From the NCBI GenBank assembly GCA_012295275.1, contig CM022665.1, positions 28,954,001 to 29,018,000 on the forward strand: 64,000 bases of DNA, in the 5' to 3' direction. Made by a program: the position numbers and the translations under genes. The notes below the pieces were generated by a model. That model made no database searches. It was not told the DNA's origin and was given only the letters and a program-made list of their open reading frames with translations. The first letter of the stretch is position 1. Each line of letters opens with the position of its first letter. The DNA comes from Chrysomallon squamiferum. Lineage: Eukaryota; Animalia; Mollusca. This document shows positions 1-14,136 of the stretch, piece by piece.

Positions 1-59
<59 letters not shown>

Positions 60-78
60 CAACAACAACAACAACAAC

Positions 79-113
<35 letters not shown>

Positions 114-150
114 CAACAATAATAATAGTAATAATAATAATAATAATAAT
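1..150. repeat. (AAT)n/(AAC)n microsatellite
   Basis: Direct reading. Confidence 0.97.
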
Positions 151-212
151 AAAGATATCTTGCTGCTAATAAATGACAGTTCACTGAGTGGCAGTAACGT
201 TTCTCTTCTGAT
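148..212 (+). mobile_element. Short fragment of the same SINE family, opposite orientation
   Basis: AAAGATATCTTGCTGCTAAT...GTGGCAGTAACGTTTCTCT aligns loosely with the reverse complement of 2955-3020. Confidence 0.5.
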
Positions 213-278
213 ATTATTATTATTATTATGATGCAATCGTTAGTATCAAATATATTACATGTATTATATCTGTAAGTG

Positions 279-317
<39 letters not shown>

Positions 318-971
318 TGAGTGTGAGGGTGGGTAGGTGGGTGCATTTGCATTTTTATATATTAACAATTAAAAAAAGAAGATTTTCTGTAAACAATGTA
401 TAATAAAAATATTTTTAAAAATTAATGTTTGCGTGCATATTTTTTAACTACCATAAAACATTTTTTAGATTCACATCTTGTAACAGCCTTTTTATTTCCT
501 TTTCAGTGCTTTGTTTTAAAAATAAATTAAACATTAAATAGAAGTTAATGTGTTTTCTGCTGCATCGTCATATTTTAACAGGCCAATGACACTGCAGTAC
601 TAGTAATAATTATACGTGGTGAAATATTTTATTGTCAAATATCTTTCTTTGTTTTCGTATTTTTTAATGTTATTTTTTCATATTAATCTTTTCTTTTTTG
701 TTTCTTATAGGTTTTTTCTTATTATTATTATTTTTTTTATGCTTTGTAATCTTTATATTATTTTTATTTAGAAAGTTATTTATTACATTTTTTTTTTTTT
801 TTACAGTACAACCTCCTATAGAGGTTAGTACGACCTTTACAAATGATATGTTGAAACACAAATGATATTTCTGAAATTCGAATTACGCCAGCAGACGGAC
901 AAATGAGCGAGAAGTGAGGAGTAGAAACGAAATAGTAAAGTGAAGACAGAAGATAAAAATAACCCCGACAA

Positions 972-975
<4 letters not shown>

Positions 976-1062
<87 letters not shown>
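976..1062. repeat. (GA)n microsatellite; similar GA/TC tracts at about 1637-1730, 4775-4881, 12309-12377, 23423-23482 and 42805-42891
   Basis: Direct reading. Confidence 0.97.
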
Positions 1063-1063
<1 letters not shown>

Positions 1064-1634
1064 CAGAGATCTATTACAATTTAAAAAAAATTGTTAGTTC
1101 TGCTCATCTATATAACACAGTTGTGAACAATGATGAATAATTTAACATGTTTTTCAATGCAGATCTTTTTTTTTTTTTTTTTTAATGAAGCCAAAGGAAT
1201 TTTGAAATGATAGCCGATGACTAAAACGCTTATCTCTGTATTTTCTGAGATGGCATTTCTATGTACAGAGCTGCAAACAAGGTCACCATCAGTTCAGACT
1301 GGCAGTAGGGGAAAATACCTGCGCGATGAATTAGTCAGCGCATAAAAAAAAAAAAACTGACTACAGTATGTGTGTATGGTCAGTGAAGCAAACAGAAAAA
1401 AAATATGTCTATGAATGTATTGACTAATATAAGTACTGGCGTTGAAAGCCCAGGCCTGGTCAAGGTCGAAAGCACACCTATATTCCTACAATAATAAAAC
1501 ATTAATAAATATGTTTTTCAACAACCAGCTAAGTGCCGCATGAAGTCAGCCATAAAAAATGTTTATTTGTGCATTGGTCTGACGCAACGTCCACTATATA
1601 TGATAACTATTTTCCTTTAATAATAATTATACAC

Positions 1635-1732
<98 letters not shown>

Positions 1733-2324
1733 GAGTCTTAATCTGTTTTGCAAATATTAAAGATAATAAAAATAAAAGCAAGAAGAAGAGCAGAAGAACA
1801 ATAATAAAATAGTAACAGTAGCAGTAGTAGTTGTCATAGTACTTGTAATAGCTGTAGTTAGTAGTAGTAGTAGTAGTAGTAACAACAGGAAAAGTAGGAC
1901 ACGTGAATTGTATAAATGATGTATTTACTTACAGATAACATTACAGTGGTATATTCTTTATTTAATGTATTTCTTATTATTAAAGTAAATCACCATTCGA
2001 AACAAAACACGTGTTATTTGTGACAGAGAGATAGACGTAGATTCATACATAATAACTAATTTGTTATGCCGTCTTTGTTGACGGTAAAATGTGAAATGTT
2101 CATTCACACGAAACAGATTGTAGTTATTATAATCAGTGTACACTAGACAAGCCCGATGACGACTGTCTAAGTTACTTCAACATTTAATAATTAACACAGG
2201 CGACCACGACAGCAATGATGATAAAGATGATTGTACGTATGTGGATGATGAAGATGGTTATGATTATGGTGATGATGATTATGCTAATGATGATGTGGTG
2301 ATGATAATGCTGCTAATAAATGAT

Positions 2325-2363
<39 letters not shown>

Positions 2364-2914
2364 TATTATTATTATTATTATTGTTATAATTTTGGTTTAT
2401 GTTTCATTTTTTATAATATGTTATTATGTTTTGTATTTGTATTATGATTGCAAACATCAGTTATGCAATTCTTATCGTAAATGTCATGCTCAGCATCACT
2501 GTCATGTCTGTGTTTTATCAGTGTAAATTTGCAATCTGAATTTCTTGATGATTCGCGTCATTTATTTAAATACTAGTATGAAGAACAGCGAAAAAAGAAA
2601 GAAAAAGATCAAAAGAACGAAATATCGAAAGAAAGGAAGAAAGAAACAAAAAAAAAATAATAATAAAACTGAAAAAAAAAAATAATAAAATAAAATTATT
2701 TTGACTTCAGATGGATCCCGTTTAAAAAGATTTATAACTTTTTAAGAAACACTGTTTCTGTCGGTTTTCATAGAAGTCGTTAGTAAATATGTTTGTACAA
2801 TGGAATGAATGAATGAATAAATAAATAAATATTCTTAGCAAGACAAATTCTGTTGCACTAGATATTCGCGAAAGACAATAATGAATGAGTTAAAACGTGA
2901 TGCTGAATAAATAA

Positions 2915-3068
2915 ATGTGAAGGTCATGAGGCGTCGTCTGTATAATCAAGATACGAGAGAGGAAACCCGATCCGCCACGCCATGGACTACTTACAAATCT
3001 GCAGCGAAGGATCTTTTATCTTAACTTTACCTCTGACAGGAAAACACATCCGCGGACTTTGATGAATC
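2915..3068 (-). mobile_element. Degenerate Meta-domain-type SINE fragment
   Basis: GAGAGGAAACCCGATCCGCCAC...GCAGCGAAGGATCTTTTAT...TGACAGGAAAACACATCCGCGGACTTTG resembles the reverse of a common molluscan SINE core (recalled, not searched). Confidence 0.65.
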
Positions 3069-3589
3069 TGGTTAAATATTTTGCTGTACGGATACCTTTA
3101 TTATTATTATTTTTATTTTTAACATATGCTTTTATTTAGTGCAAAATTAAATTGGTTATAAAATCATAGTTGTCAAACACGGGATTTAAGCAGTGGCAAT
3201 ATGTATAATGGAGGAAGAATAAATATTGTTTTCCTATTCTTCAACACGAAGAGTTTTGTTGGGTGTCAAGTTTATAGGATTTTTGTTTTGTTGTTGTTGT
3301 TTTTGTTGCTTTTGTACTTAATGTTGAAGTGGAGGGTTGCCGACATCGTACGCTAATGTAACAACTTAAAACTAAATTAAAAACAACGTCAAATATATGT
3401 TTACACATGCAAAATGCTGAGCATTGGCAGGAACATCCACATCCAAAATGCTTTTTTCATGATCAAAGTAGCTTGCACTTTTCAATATTGCAGAACACTC
3501 GTCAGCGCAAAATCAAACATAAATAAAAACATCAACAATCGTAATGAAAAGAAACACATAATTAAGCGGTGTTTGGAAAGTGTTCTTAC

Positions 3590-3613
3590 CTGGTTGGTAA
3601 TCTGGCTTTTCAT
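3590..3613 (-). CDS. Possible first coding exon (MKSQITNQ) of an unidentified gene continuing left of the window
   Basis: ATG AAA AGC CAG ATT ACC AAC CAG|gtaaga, a near-consensus phase-0 donor. Non-repetitive sequence with CpGs lies upstream (3700-4420). No downstream exon recognised in 1-3589. Confidence 0.4.
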
Positions 3614-4772
3614 TATTGCATTTCGTTCTTTTCACCTATGGCTAAAATAAATGACTGTAATTAGATTTCCCACTTGATGTTTAATACTGAAACAACATCG
3701 CGATCCTTCAGCGCATAAACGTAATCTTAGGACAAATTAAAAAAGCTTATCATCTAACTTTTCCCCACAAGAATTTTCCATTTCTGCTAGAAAATGCAGG
3801 AAACAATACAGTCTATTAGATTTGCTTCAAATGATGCTCGGACTATTGCGCTTGTGACAATTGTTATAAACATCACCAGTGTGTTTTAAAATCACTTTGT
3901 TTATTATTAATGTAAGTGACATTTTAATTTGCCGACATCGTCTTTTATCTACGTGTACTTTTTAACCCATTTTATTCTCTTTTTTTTTTTTTTTTTTTTT
4001 ATCACTACACAAAAACATTTTTGTGTTTAATATTAACAGTTTATTATTATTGTGGGCATTTTTTTATATATATCTCCAGCCACTTATACATATAAACCAA
4101 AATCTGCATTAATTGATTTCACGGAAATAAACGAAATAGAACTTCCTGGATTCTCTTGTTGTTCGACAATGGCATCAGACCCACTAATTAAAAAAATATC
4201 AGAGATTATTAACTCACGGCGTTCGCTAACGAGTCGCCCATTAGACTCGACTCGAGTTTCTAATGTATATAAAGTGCTGCCCACAGAAATGACCCATAGT
4301 GATTATCACAAAAGGTTTTTCTCTTCGAGTAGTTTATGGTTTCTTAGAAGTAACTCGCTTCTTCTCATCTAATTAAACAATGGCTGGCGGGTACGCACAG
4401 TTAGACCGGTGCATTTCGTTATAAGAAATAATAAGAAAACAACAATCTGCAGGTTATTGTAACAGCAGTCTGTAGGAGACTGCAGAGACAGACAAGCCGT
4501 GAAAGCAAGTTACTGATTGATTGGTTGTACGAATGAGAAAAAATAAATGAAATTTGGATTAATAACGATTTTTTTTGTTTTTTTGATTTTTTTGTTTCAC
4601 AGACTTTTCGATAACAAATTAATTGGAAATAGTATAATACTGCTTGAAAAGTAATACAAAATAAAAATAAAAAAGACTGTGAAGATTTTGTATTAATAAG
4701 ACGTGGTGGACACTGTGGCAAAGATTATCGTATTACCGAAGTTTTAGACAACAAATCTTTAAATGACAAGAA

Positions 4773-4888
<116 letters not shown>

Positions 4889-5917
4889 TTATACTGTGTT
4901 TATGTTCTTTGCAGATAAGGAATTTCACTTACTGATTTGCTAAAATTTGTTATCTTCTTGAGTAGAGGAAGTTCGCCGTTTGTCTCATATCAGCATTATT
5001 TTCTTTAATCTGGAGCCTCAGTAAATTTTGTATTTATTTATTACTGAAGTCTTTCTTCAGTTATATTTTTTCAAATTTTAACTGTCGTTATTATTTACAT
5101 TATGCTGTTAAACAAAAATAAAATGTAATGATAAAAATATTAATAAAAAAATAAAAATAACAAGATAAATAAAAATGAAGAGGAAAAATCCATTGTGTTG
5201 TGTCTTCGACGTATATGTAAATATCAAACAGAAGAATACTGACAATATCTGGTAACTTTCTGTATGAAGTGCATAGTTCATAAAACTAAGACCATGCCCC
5301 GGAACGCAAATGAGAACAAAATTTAATTGCTTATCTGATTGTCTCACAAACTACCGGAAGCTAAATCTTTTTTATTTGATTCGTCCTCAGCTCGGAGCAC
5401 CGATGACACCATGTCAAAAATAACAGCCGCTATTGCGCTTCTGGTCTAGTCCGAGTTCGGCCCCTTGAGGGGAAGAGACATGGGGCCGAATCTGCGGCCG
5501 CCATTATCGCTGATTCTGTGACGTCTTGACGTCATTACCTCTGCTGTAAGAAGACCTAAGCGTCCATTTCTGTTTACCCTGCTAGTCCTGCTTGTGAGTA
5601 TCGATCTGTTGACCACAGCGATGCACTGGGGCCGCGAGGCACAGTCGATCAATGCTCCGGACAGTTCTTGTATTGATTGTCATGGCTTTCAAATTGTGAG
5701 AAATTACCCACGGTTATAAAAATCAGCATGGTTGCACAATCTGATAGCTATTCGCGCCGTCTGTCCATGCTTATTACAGAAGCAGTCTGCAACATAAAAC
5801 CTGTCTGCATGTCCAGTGTTTTTTGTTTTGTGTTTTTCATGTGTGACACATTGTTCAAACAGATGGTTGAACTTGAGTTAAAATAACCAGTCTCTTTCTT
5901 CTTCTTCTCTTCTCATT

Positions 5918-5974
<57 letters not shown>

Positions 5975-7529
5975 CAGTGTTTTGTTTATTTATTTATATT
6001 AAAAACGAACGAATTAGTTTAAAAGTCATTAATGTTGAATTATTATTACAATTATTTTAAATAAATCTATTTAAAGATAATTTTCCAAGAAACCTTGTCA
6101 GTGGGATTACCAGTATATTATTTGTCACTCATACACTCCAAGTTAAGAATTACATCATTAAAAAAAAAAAAAATGTAGCATTCATCCCAAGGGCCGGATT
6201 ATTCAGTAGACAAACTGGTACTTAACATGTAGGCCACAGGATATAGGTAACCAGCAGAGTTAGTACATATATTTTATGTGCTTTTATAATAAATTATACA
6301 TTGAGAGAGGTCTTGGTGTCGAATGGTCCCAGAAGATCTTAAATAAAATACCCCAGGGACAAATGCAAATATTAGTTTTTTGAAATAGGAGGGAGGTGAA
6401 ATGATAATTTAAAATAAAATAACATTACGTACGTGTGTGTGTGTGTGTAATATAGATAAATAGATAAACTGTATTTTAAATTTCAGAGGCAGAAAGCTAA
6501 TAAAATATGAAAACGTTCCATACTAATTTTATAATAATAATAATCACAACAGCAGCAGCAGTAATAACAGCAATAATGGAAATGATGATGCTGACGATAA
6601 TGCTGAATTTGGTGGTAGAAGCTGTAGCAGATATAGTAGTAGTAGTTATTGTGGTGGCAATATATATAGGTAGCATGTGACTTATTTTGTTGATGGTGGT
6701 AGTAACAGTTTGGATAGCAGAAACTATTTCTGGAAGACGTTTTAATTTGTGATACTGGTGGGAAAAGAACTAATAAGCAGTAATCTAGCAGTATAGTAAA
6801 TTAATTAAATTAGAAGGAAAACAGTATTGTATCAAGTATTGTTATTTTCAGTACATAATGCCTGATACAGAAACGGAAGCTAAAATAAAGCGTTTCCAGA
6901 ATTGGTTTCGTAAATCCTGCAGTCATAGCTTGTCTGGTCACCCCAAAATACGAAGACTTGGCTTGTTGAGTCAAGGTCACATTTGGTAACCTGACTGGGT
7001 GAGTGACCTATTACGCGACACAAATTACGTCAACAGTTGGCGCGTCGTGTTACGGGTCTTACCGAGTCAAGCAGGTTATAGTGGCCGTTATGCAAGCACT
7101 TTGCGTAAGATCTGAGTTTCCATACTGCGGATCATTGTCTGCAGTAATCGCTCGTATTTACCAAACCCATAGTGAAATTATATCACACACTGTAATACGC
7201 AGCGGTATGTGAGAAAATAAAATTATATGAGGTCGTGTCCTGCCACTATATAAACATGAAAGGTCAGAAGACTTAATGGCTGTCACATACAAGTGTACAT
7301 AATGTATTTCTCGTGGTTTCAGATTGGTCATTTGTTATTGTAGTTTAATCTGTGGATTACGACGTGAAAGTTCCCGTTATACAATCGCATACATTGTGCT
7401 TGTTACTGATGTTGATGTAGGAATCGAAGAAGAAAACAAATGTAAAGCATTAACGAAAATGTATGTATAACCAATAACCGCGTATTGAAATGAAAGGAAA
7501 ACGAACAAAATACACAAACGAAAATGAAT

Positions 7530-7630
7530 GAACAAACAGACAAATGAACAAACAAACAAACAAACAAACAAACAAACAAACAAACGAACAAACAAACAAA
7601 CAAACAAACAAACAAACAAATAAATAAATA
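7530..7630. repeat. (AAAC)n microsatellite
   Basis: Direct reading. Confidence 0.95.
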
Positions 7631-9274
7631 ATAGTAAAATAGATAAATAATCAAAAGTCCACCCATAAAACACACACACGTACGCACGTTTACCTACTTG
7701 CCACACACGCGCGCACACAAAGTAACACAACTCGTGGTATTTCGATTTTCAATAAAACGAGATAAACAGCATTGTGCGAACAGAAATCTTCGATAATAGA
7801 AAAATACTTTTTGCCGCGATCAATTCCGTATTACTTTCTCTCGCCATCTTGTCAAATTTGTCTGGCGTTCGTGTCTTTCAGCAAACAGTTAATAATTGTG
7901 ATGTCTTTCTTCATCAACCCGCCAACAACCGTCTTTCTCCGTGTTTGCAAAACAGAAAGCTTTCTGACGGGTTGATAGAGAAAGAAGTTACATTTAAGGG
8001 TTCAAGATGACACCAACCTACTAATCTGAATAACTGAATAATAATAATAAAATAAAAAATGGTTGTCTAAAGGCTTGTAGAAAATTCTGTTTTGGTGCTA
8101 TGAATGCTATGGGATTTCATCAACCCATCAAACAATCAATTATCTCCATGATCGCATCAATCATTTTATCAACCCAGCAATCAACCATCTTCATAACAGA
8201 AAAATAAAAAGTTGTCTTACGGGTTCTGGAGGCAGAATTTTACAGGATTTTTAAAAATTTATCTAGAGTTGACATTACTAATCGAGGATTTCAGTCGGAG
8301 AAGCAAATTTGAAAATAAGATCACTTTCATTAAAGAAGAAGAAGAAGAAACAGCTAAAAAAAATTTCGATCAGCAAAAATGGTCCACGATTAACTGATAT
8401 TTTAAATATTTAACACCTGCTGATTAACTATACAATTGTTATTTTTCGAAACTGATGTTCCACAATTATAATATTGTCTAGAGAATTTGAACTAAAGCTT
8501 TAAAACAGGTAATTAAGATGAACTTTGGTATATTAGGTCTACTTTTAAAAAAGAAGTACCTGACATACTTAGGCATGATTATTAATGTTTAACTTTATAC
8601 GAAAGGTATCTAACATAGATGTAAATCAGTATTACAATTTATAAAAGGCGTAAATAAATATTCTTTGAAATTATTATATATATTTTACTTTCTAGGACAA
8701 CCGGTCAATAATTAAGTATCGACAGCGGAATACAGTAAGCTATTCTGATTACATATCTGTCCTCGCCAGATGTCACAAGACCCACGTTTTATGAATGCAC
8801 AGGTGAAACATGTTACATTAATGTGTTATATGATTAAAGGTAACTTACCATGAAGTTTCATCTCAATAATAAATTAATAATTTACTTAACAGCTACAGAA
8901 AATAATAGTTTTATATTAAACCGCGTTACAACTGGGCTTTAAATTTTTAGATGTCTTGATTGGGGATGTCGCGTCGTTATGTGACAGAGAATCATTTTGA
9001 AGAGCATCAAGTCAGGTCGCCTTCGTTGGCTCTTTTATTTAATGCAAGAAACCGGAGGTTATATGCTGTAGTTCATTCACAATTGATAAAAACGACCGTT
9101 ACCGTACATGAACATTCTCTCTATATATATTAGACAGGTTTTACAGCATACGTCACCTGTCTTTAATGTAACTCTTTAAACGATTCTGGGGTTTTGGGTT
9201 TTTTTTTTTTAACGTTACTGACCACCGCTAAGCATTCCACTATACATGAACAACTTAGTAAAAATAGTTCGATT

Positions 9275-9432
9275 TTTTTTAACCGTGTATCAGTTAATTC
9301 AGAATGTTTAATGCTTTTAAACAGGTGTGCCAGCGAATACAGAATATGCCCAACTTTTAAAAATGTTTATCAGCGAATACAAAATATTCTCAAATTTTCA
9401 TCGCGTTTATCAGTAAATTCAAAATTCTCAAT
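9275..9432. repeat. Degenerate ~40-bp tandem repeat, about 4 copies
   Basis: Recurring TTTT..GTKTATCAGYRAATWCARAAT pattern. Confidence 0.75.
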
Positions 9433-10368
9433 GCAGAAAACACGTAGCAACTAACACGTTTTTTTTTGGTTTTAGTCACGTACATCTATGAATACAAAAA
9501 GTTCAGTGCTTTCAACCAAGTAGATGAACGAACACAAAAATGTTTATGTTTGTAACCGCCGTGCGTCAATTCATAATACATATATAAGAATATGTAAGAA
9601 ATATTTGTTTCTTTCAGCTTACAGGGAGGGACACCATCGTATTGCACGTTTTTTTCTGATTTGTATTCTCCAATTCTAAATATACACACTGACCTAACTA
9701 AACAATGAAATATCTAACATTTAAAGAATATTGCGCCATACAGGTTTTCACTTTTGTGTTAGTGCAGAGAGTTCGTACTAGCAGACATCGTCCTTGACAA
9801 AATGTTTATTGTTCGACAAATCTGTCCATTATGTTGATATAAACACCCATACAATTATACAGTTTTTATGCATATTGTTTTCTCCGTCAAAGTTTTGGGC
9901 TACCCTTTATTGCATGCTTCAGGCAGTGGAGTCCAATTTACGAACTTGTAAAAAAAAAAAAAAAAAAAAAAAAGTCCCTTGGGTTAATAATATACTGTAA
10001 TAATATATAATTTTAAAATAATAATAAAAAACAAACCAGTAACTCGAGGTAATACATGTTTAATAAAATTCGCTAAGGGCAAAACATTTTCCATAAATAA
10101 CAATATTTCATAAAGTGAGTGACAACAGTGAATGAGGTAGTTCAAAACGATTGATACAAAAATGAATCATTTGGAAACCCAACAAACAGAATTTTGTTTC
10201 AGCGAAAGACCGCGATTGACGTAGAGTAAAAGAATAGAAATTGGCAAAAGTTTAGATTTTATCTTAAAAAAAAAAAAAAAAAAAAATTATAATAATAATA
10301 AAAAGGCCAATAAAATAGTATTGCAATCATAGAGGTATTTATTTTACAGAGGCATAGCCAGAGAAATG

Positions 10369-10456
10369 TCTTCACAGTGAACAAACATGTTTATTATATT
10401 TATATTCTATCCCTAGCATTTAAATGCAACAACATTTTGCTTGTTCACTGTGAAGA
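10369..10456. repeat. Perfect 16-bp inverted repeat closing an 88-nt hairpin
   Basis: TCTTCACAGTGAACAA (10369-10384) and TTGTTCACTGTGAAGA (10441-10456). Confidence 0.85.
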
Positions 10457-11937
10457 AAAAATAGTTTGTAGTACACAGACATCACAATAAGTTATATTAT
10501 CACACTTTTCAAACGTAAAGATATACAGAGGTGTATAAAAGGTTATATTATATAATAATATATCACTGAAATTTATTTACCACAGTTATCTCGCACTGCT
10601 TGTCTTGCATATTAAAATAAGATCACGAAATACTGAATGTTGGGTTTCTGGAACTGTATATGCGATTAATATAAAATCAAGTACAACCATTTCACCATTC
10701 TTTCTGGCATTTGCTCAATGGGCAGGAAATGACGTATGTATGGGCTGAAAGAAAGCTGACTGGCAGATCGCTTTCTTACCATCACCAACGGAAACACATG
10801 GTGAACCGTAATTTACAAATTAGTAGTAGTAGCAGTAGTAGTAGTAGTAGTAGTAATAATAATAATAATAACAATAATAATAATAAAAACCACAGTGCAT
10901 TTAACATATCATAGCTATAAATCTGTTTTGTGTGATTACAAAACCAAACGTCATTAATTAACAGAAGTCAGTGCTGCTTTAAGATGTTGTGGGACATGAT
11001 AAAAAGGATAAAAAAATAAAAATATTTAAAAAAATAAAAAACAATCGACCCATTTCTGCGAAGAGAAAGCAAAAAAAAACAAAACAAAGACGTTACCAAG
11101 GAGCACACGTGAAACACAAAATAAAAACCTAACAACGACCGTTAACGAACTCCAAATTGAAAAATTAAAATTCTTATTATTATAATTTTCTTGAAATTGG
11201 TATTTTTAATAGAATTCTGGTTATCTGTAAAAAAAAAAAAAAAAAAAAAAAAATATTATTCAGTATAGTATATTACCGATTTAAATAATACAAATAATAT
11301 TATGTGAATAATACAAGTAGTATCTTTGTAACTACGTCAAAACTTAGAACGATGCAGCCCGTTTACTATAGTCGGAGTGAGACAGGTTTACATTTTTTTT
11401 TTTTTTCTTCTTCTTTTTTTTTTTTGTTTCTTTTAATAGCAGACATTAAGTGTGTATATATGAAAACGCTTGTGATAAATTCACGTATTTAGCTTCTACA
11501 GATATTATTATATATACAACATTTATAAATACATGTGTACATAATAATAAACACATATACATACAAAAAAGATATATCCTTAAACATGTTATTCAAGTAA
11601 TTATTATTATTATTCTTTTTTCACAATAAAAATAAAATAAAATAAAATAAAATTTAAAAATTCATGCGGATGCTAAATGTCTGATATAATAGTTATAAAA
11701 CGGAAAGATCAATAAGGTTTATGAACAGGTGTGAATTACAATCAATAGCAGCAGGCCTACTGCGCATGCGTGTGTTGAAGGTTGGCTTAGACTGACACTG
11801 TTTGTTTAGTTTTCATGTACAAAACAATAACGAAATTGTTGAACGACCAAATGGCTTAACACAACCGTTTTTAAAATAACAAATCAAATTTCCGGCGTGT
11901 CATTTTCTTTTCAAACACGCATTTGTTCAACATTAGA

Positions 11938-11982
<45 letters not shown>

Positions 11983-12306
11983 CGTACTGAATTTTAATAC
12001 TGATTATATCAAAATTATTTTCAAACACGGTATTTCAGTACACATTTTTTGAAAAATGAAAATTTTCAGTTGACGTCAGTACAGTTTACTTAGGATGGAC
12101 ATTAGTGACGTTACAAGCTAAATGGGATATTTTACAAACAAAATGTAAACTTGTCCACGGCCATAATCACACATACAATGTTAAAAATTTAAATGCGAAA
12201 CATCCCAGTAAGACAGAGCATTTCTTAACTAAACAGGCATTTGAGATAAACATTTACGTTTGTTTAACCGATTTAAACTATTTCAATCCGCTTGTGACTG
12301 CTCCGC

Positions 12307-12382
<76 letters not shown>

Positions 12383-14102
12383 CGATTTTCTTAAGTATTT
12401 ACGTTTATTTTTATAAGATATTCAATGCAACAGAGCCGTTAAAAAAAGTACATATCGATTGCATTCAGCTGAACATAATACATACAACTACGTACTTTCC
12501 ACTACAGAAATCCTACAAAACAATGCTGTTTATGCCTTGTGATGGTTTGACATTGCGTTGGTCATTTCTCTGTTTAAACCGTCAGAAATAGGTATTATTA
12601 TAGCTAGTGTCATAAGATATATGCAGTCTTGGGGTTCGCGTTTGTTCAAGAACAGAACTTAGTACCATTCCGCTAATAACAAACATACTTTTAATAAAGT
12701 TTATTACTCTCTTTTTTTTCTGAAATAGCAAAATGATTGCACTGAGATTCAGCTTAATGTTATAATGATGATGCACTGACATTTCTTTCACAAATAAACA
12801 ATATTCACTGCATTTGTTTTACAGGCAATTGTTATTACAAAAATAACATGATTTGTTTATAATATATATTATTATAAGTAAAAAAAAATCAATCATAAAT
12901 ATTGAAAAACTCTGTTAAAGATAAAATGTTTTCATATCAATACACACATATGTTTTAATGATTGAAAAAAAAAGGTTAAAAAAAAAAAAAAAGGGTAGAG
13001 CATTGGACTTAAGTCTGGACTCAAAATCAGAAAGAAACCTGAGATTCGTTAACACTTCGGAATTTGAGTTGGGACTTGAATACGATATTAAATTTTTCAT
13101 ATTTTTACACAACACTACGAAATCGTTTTCTACGTGATTTGTGATATAACAAAACGAAATCGTATGCTACCTACGTGATGACGTAACAATTCAAATGAAT
13201 TTTGCGTACGTAGTGATGCAATAATGCAAAGTTATTTTTAGCGTACTTGATGACGCATAATATTATAGAGTGTTAGGGAATGTCTACCAGTTAATGTTTG
13301 ACGACAGCCGAATAAAGATAAAATGGCGACTTGTCTCATAATATAAATATTTTAATGAGGTAAAATAACTTCAGCGAAGGAAACCCGTAGTTTTTATATT
13401 AAGGCATTTTTTTTCTTTAGTTTAGTTTCAGAAGATAGGAAAAAATATAATGATACAACGAGAAAAAAGAAAGAAAAATGACTATTAATTATATACACAT
13501 CATCAACACAAATATTTGATATCATTTCATGGATAAAAATGAACAGTTACATAGTAATTTTACAATACAGTGTTTCTGGAATCAGAAATACATTGTCCTG
13601 TATTCAAAACAGGTATAAAAAAGTAACATTTTCAGTTCTGACACCTTCACCAATTAAAATATTGTATTATGAAAGTTCAAATATTCAGAATGTAAAAGAA
13701 TAAATATCAAACACTATTTTAATTTTAACACAGAAATTAAGTTAATGTCTTGCATTTTCAAAGTTTAAAAACAAATAAAAAATAAAATAAAATTACATAA
13801 ATAAAAAATTAAATTACTTTAGCATTTTAAAAACATAAAAATAACGTAAACATATTGGTGTTTTTTTTGGGGGGGGTTCTGCTGATAACATTACATCTCT
13901 ATTTTCACATATGATACAGTATTTTAACATAAAGGAAGTATTTTCTTATTTTATATATATATACAATATTTATAAGACTGAGTTTTATACACATAAAGAA
14001 TTTTCTTTCATAAATGTCAGATTAGTCAACAAACAAATGTTTGAACACAAAACCCACACTAATTTACACAAATAATAAAGTAAATGTTAAATACATGAAC
14101 AC

Positions 14103-14136
<34 letters not shown>

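Noticed and set aside
940-1760. ORFs with ERERER or LSLSLS runs (also at 4725, 12105, 23289, 42702, 46180-46614, 54406-54798, 55339-55778, 56711)
   Set aside because: Translations of dinucleotide microsatellites that lack stop codons.
4052-4372. 106-aa plus-strand ORF
   Set aside because: Non-ATG start, no recognisable domain or splice context. More likely promoter-region DNA.
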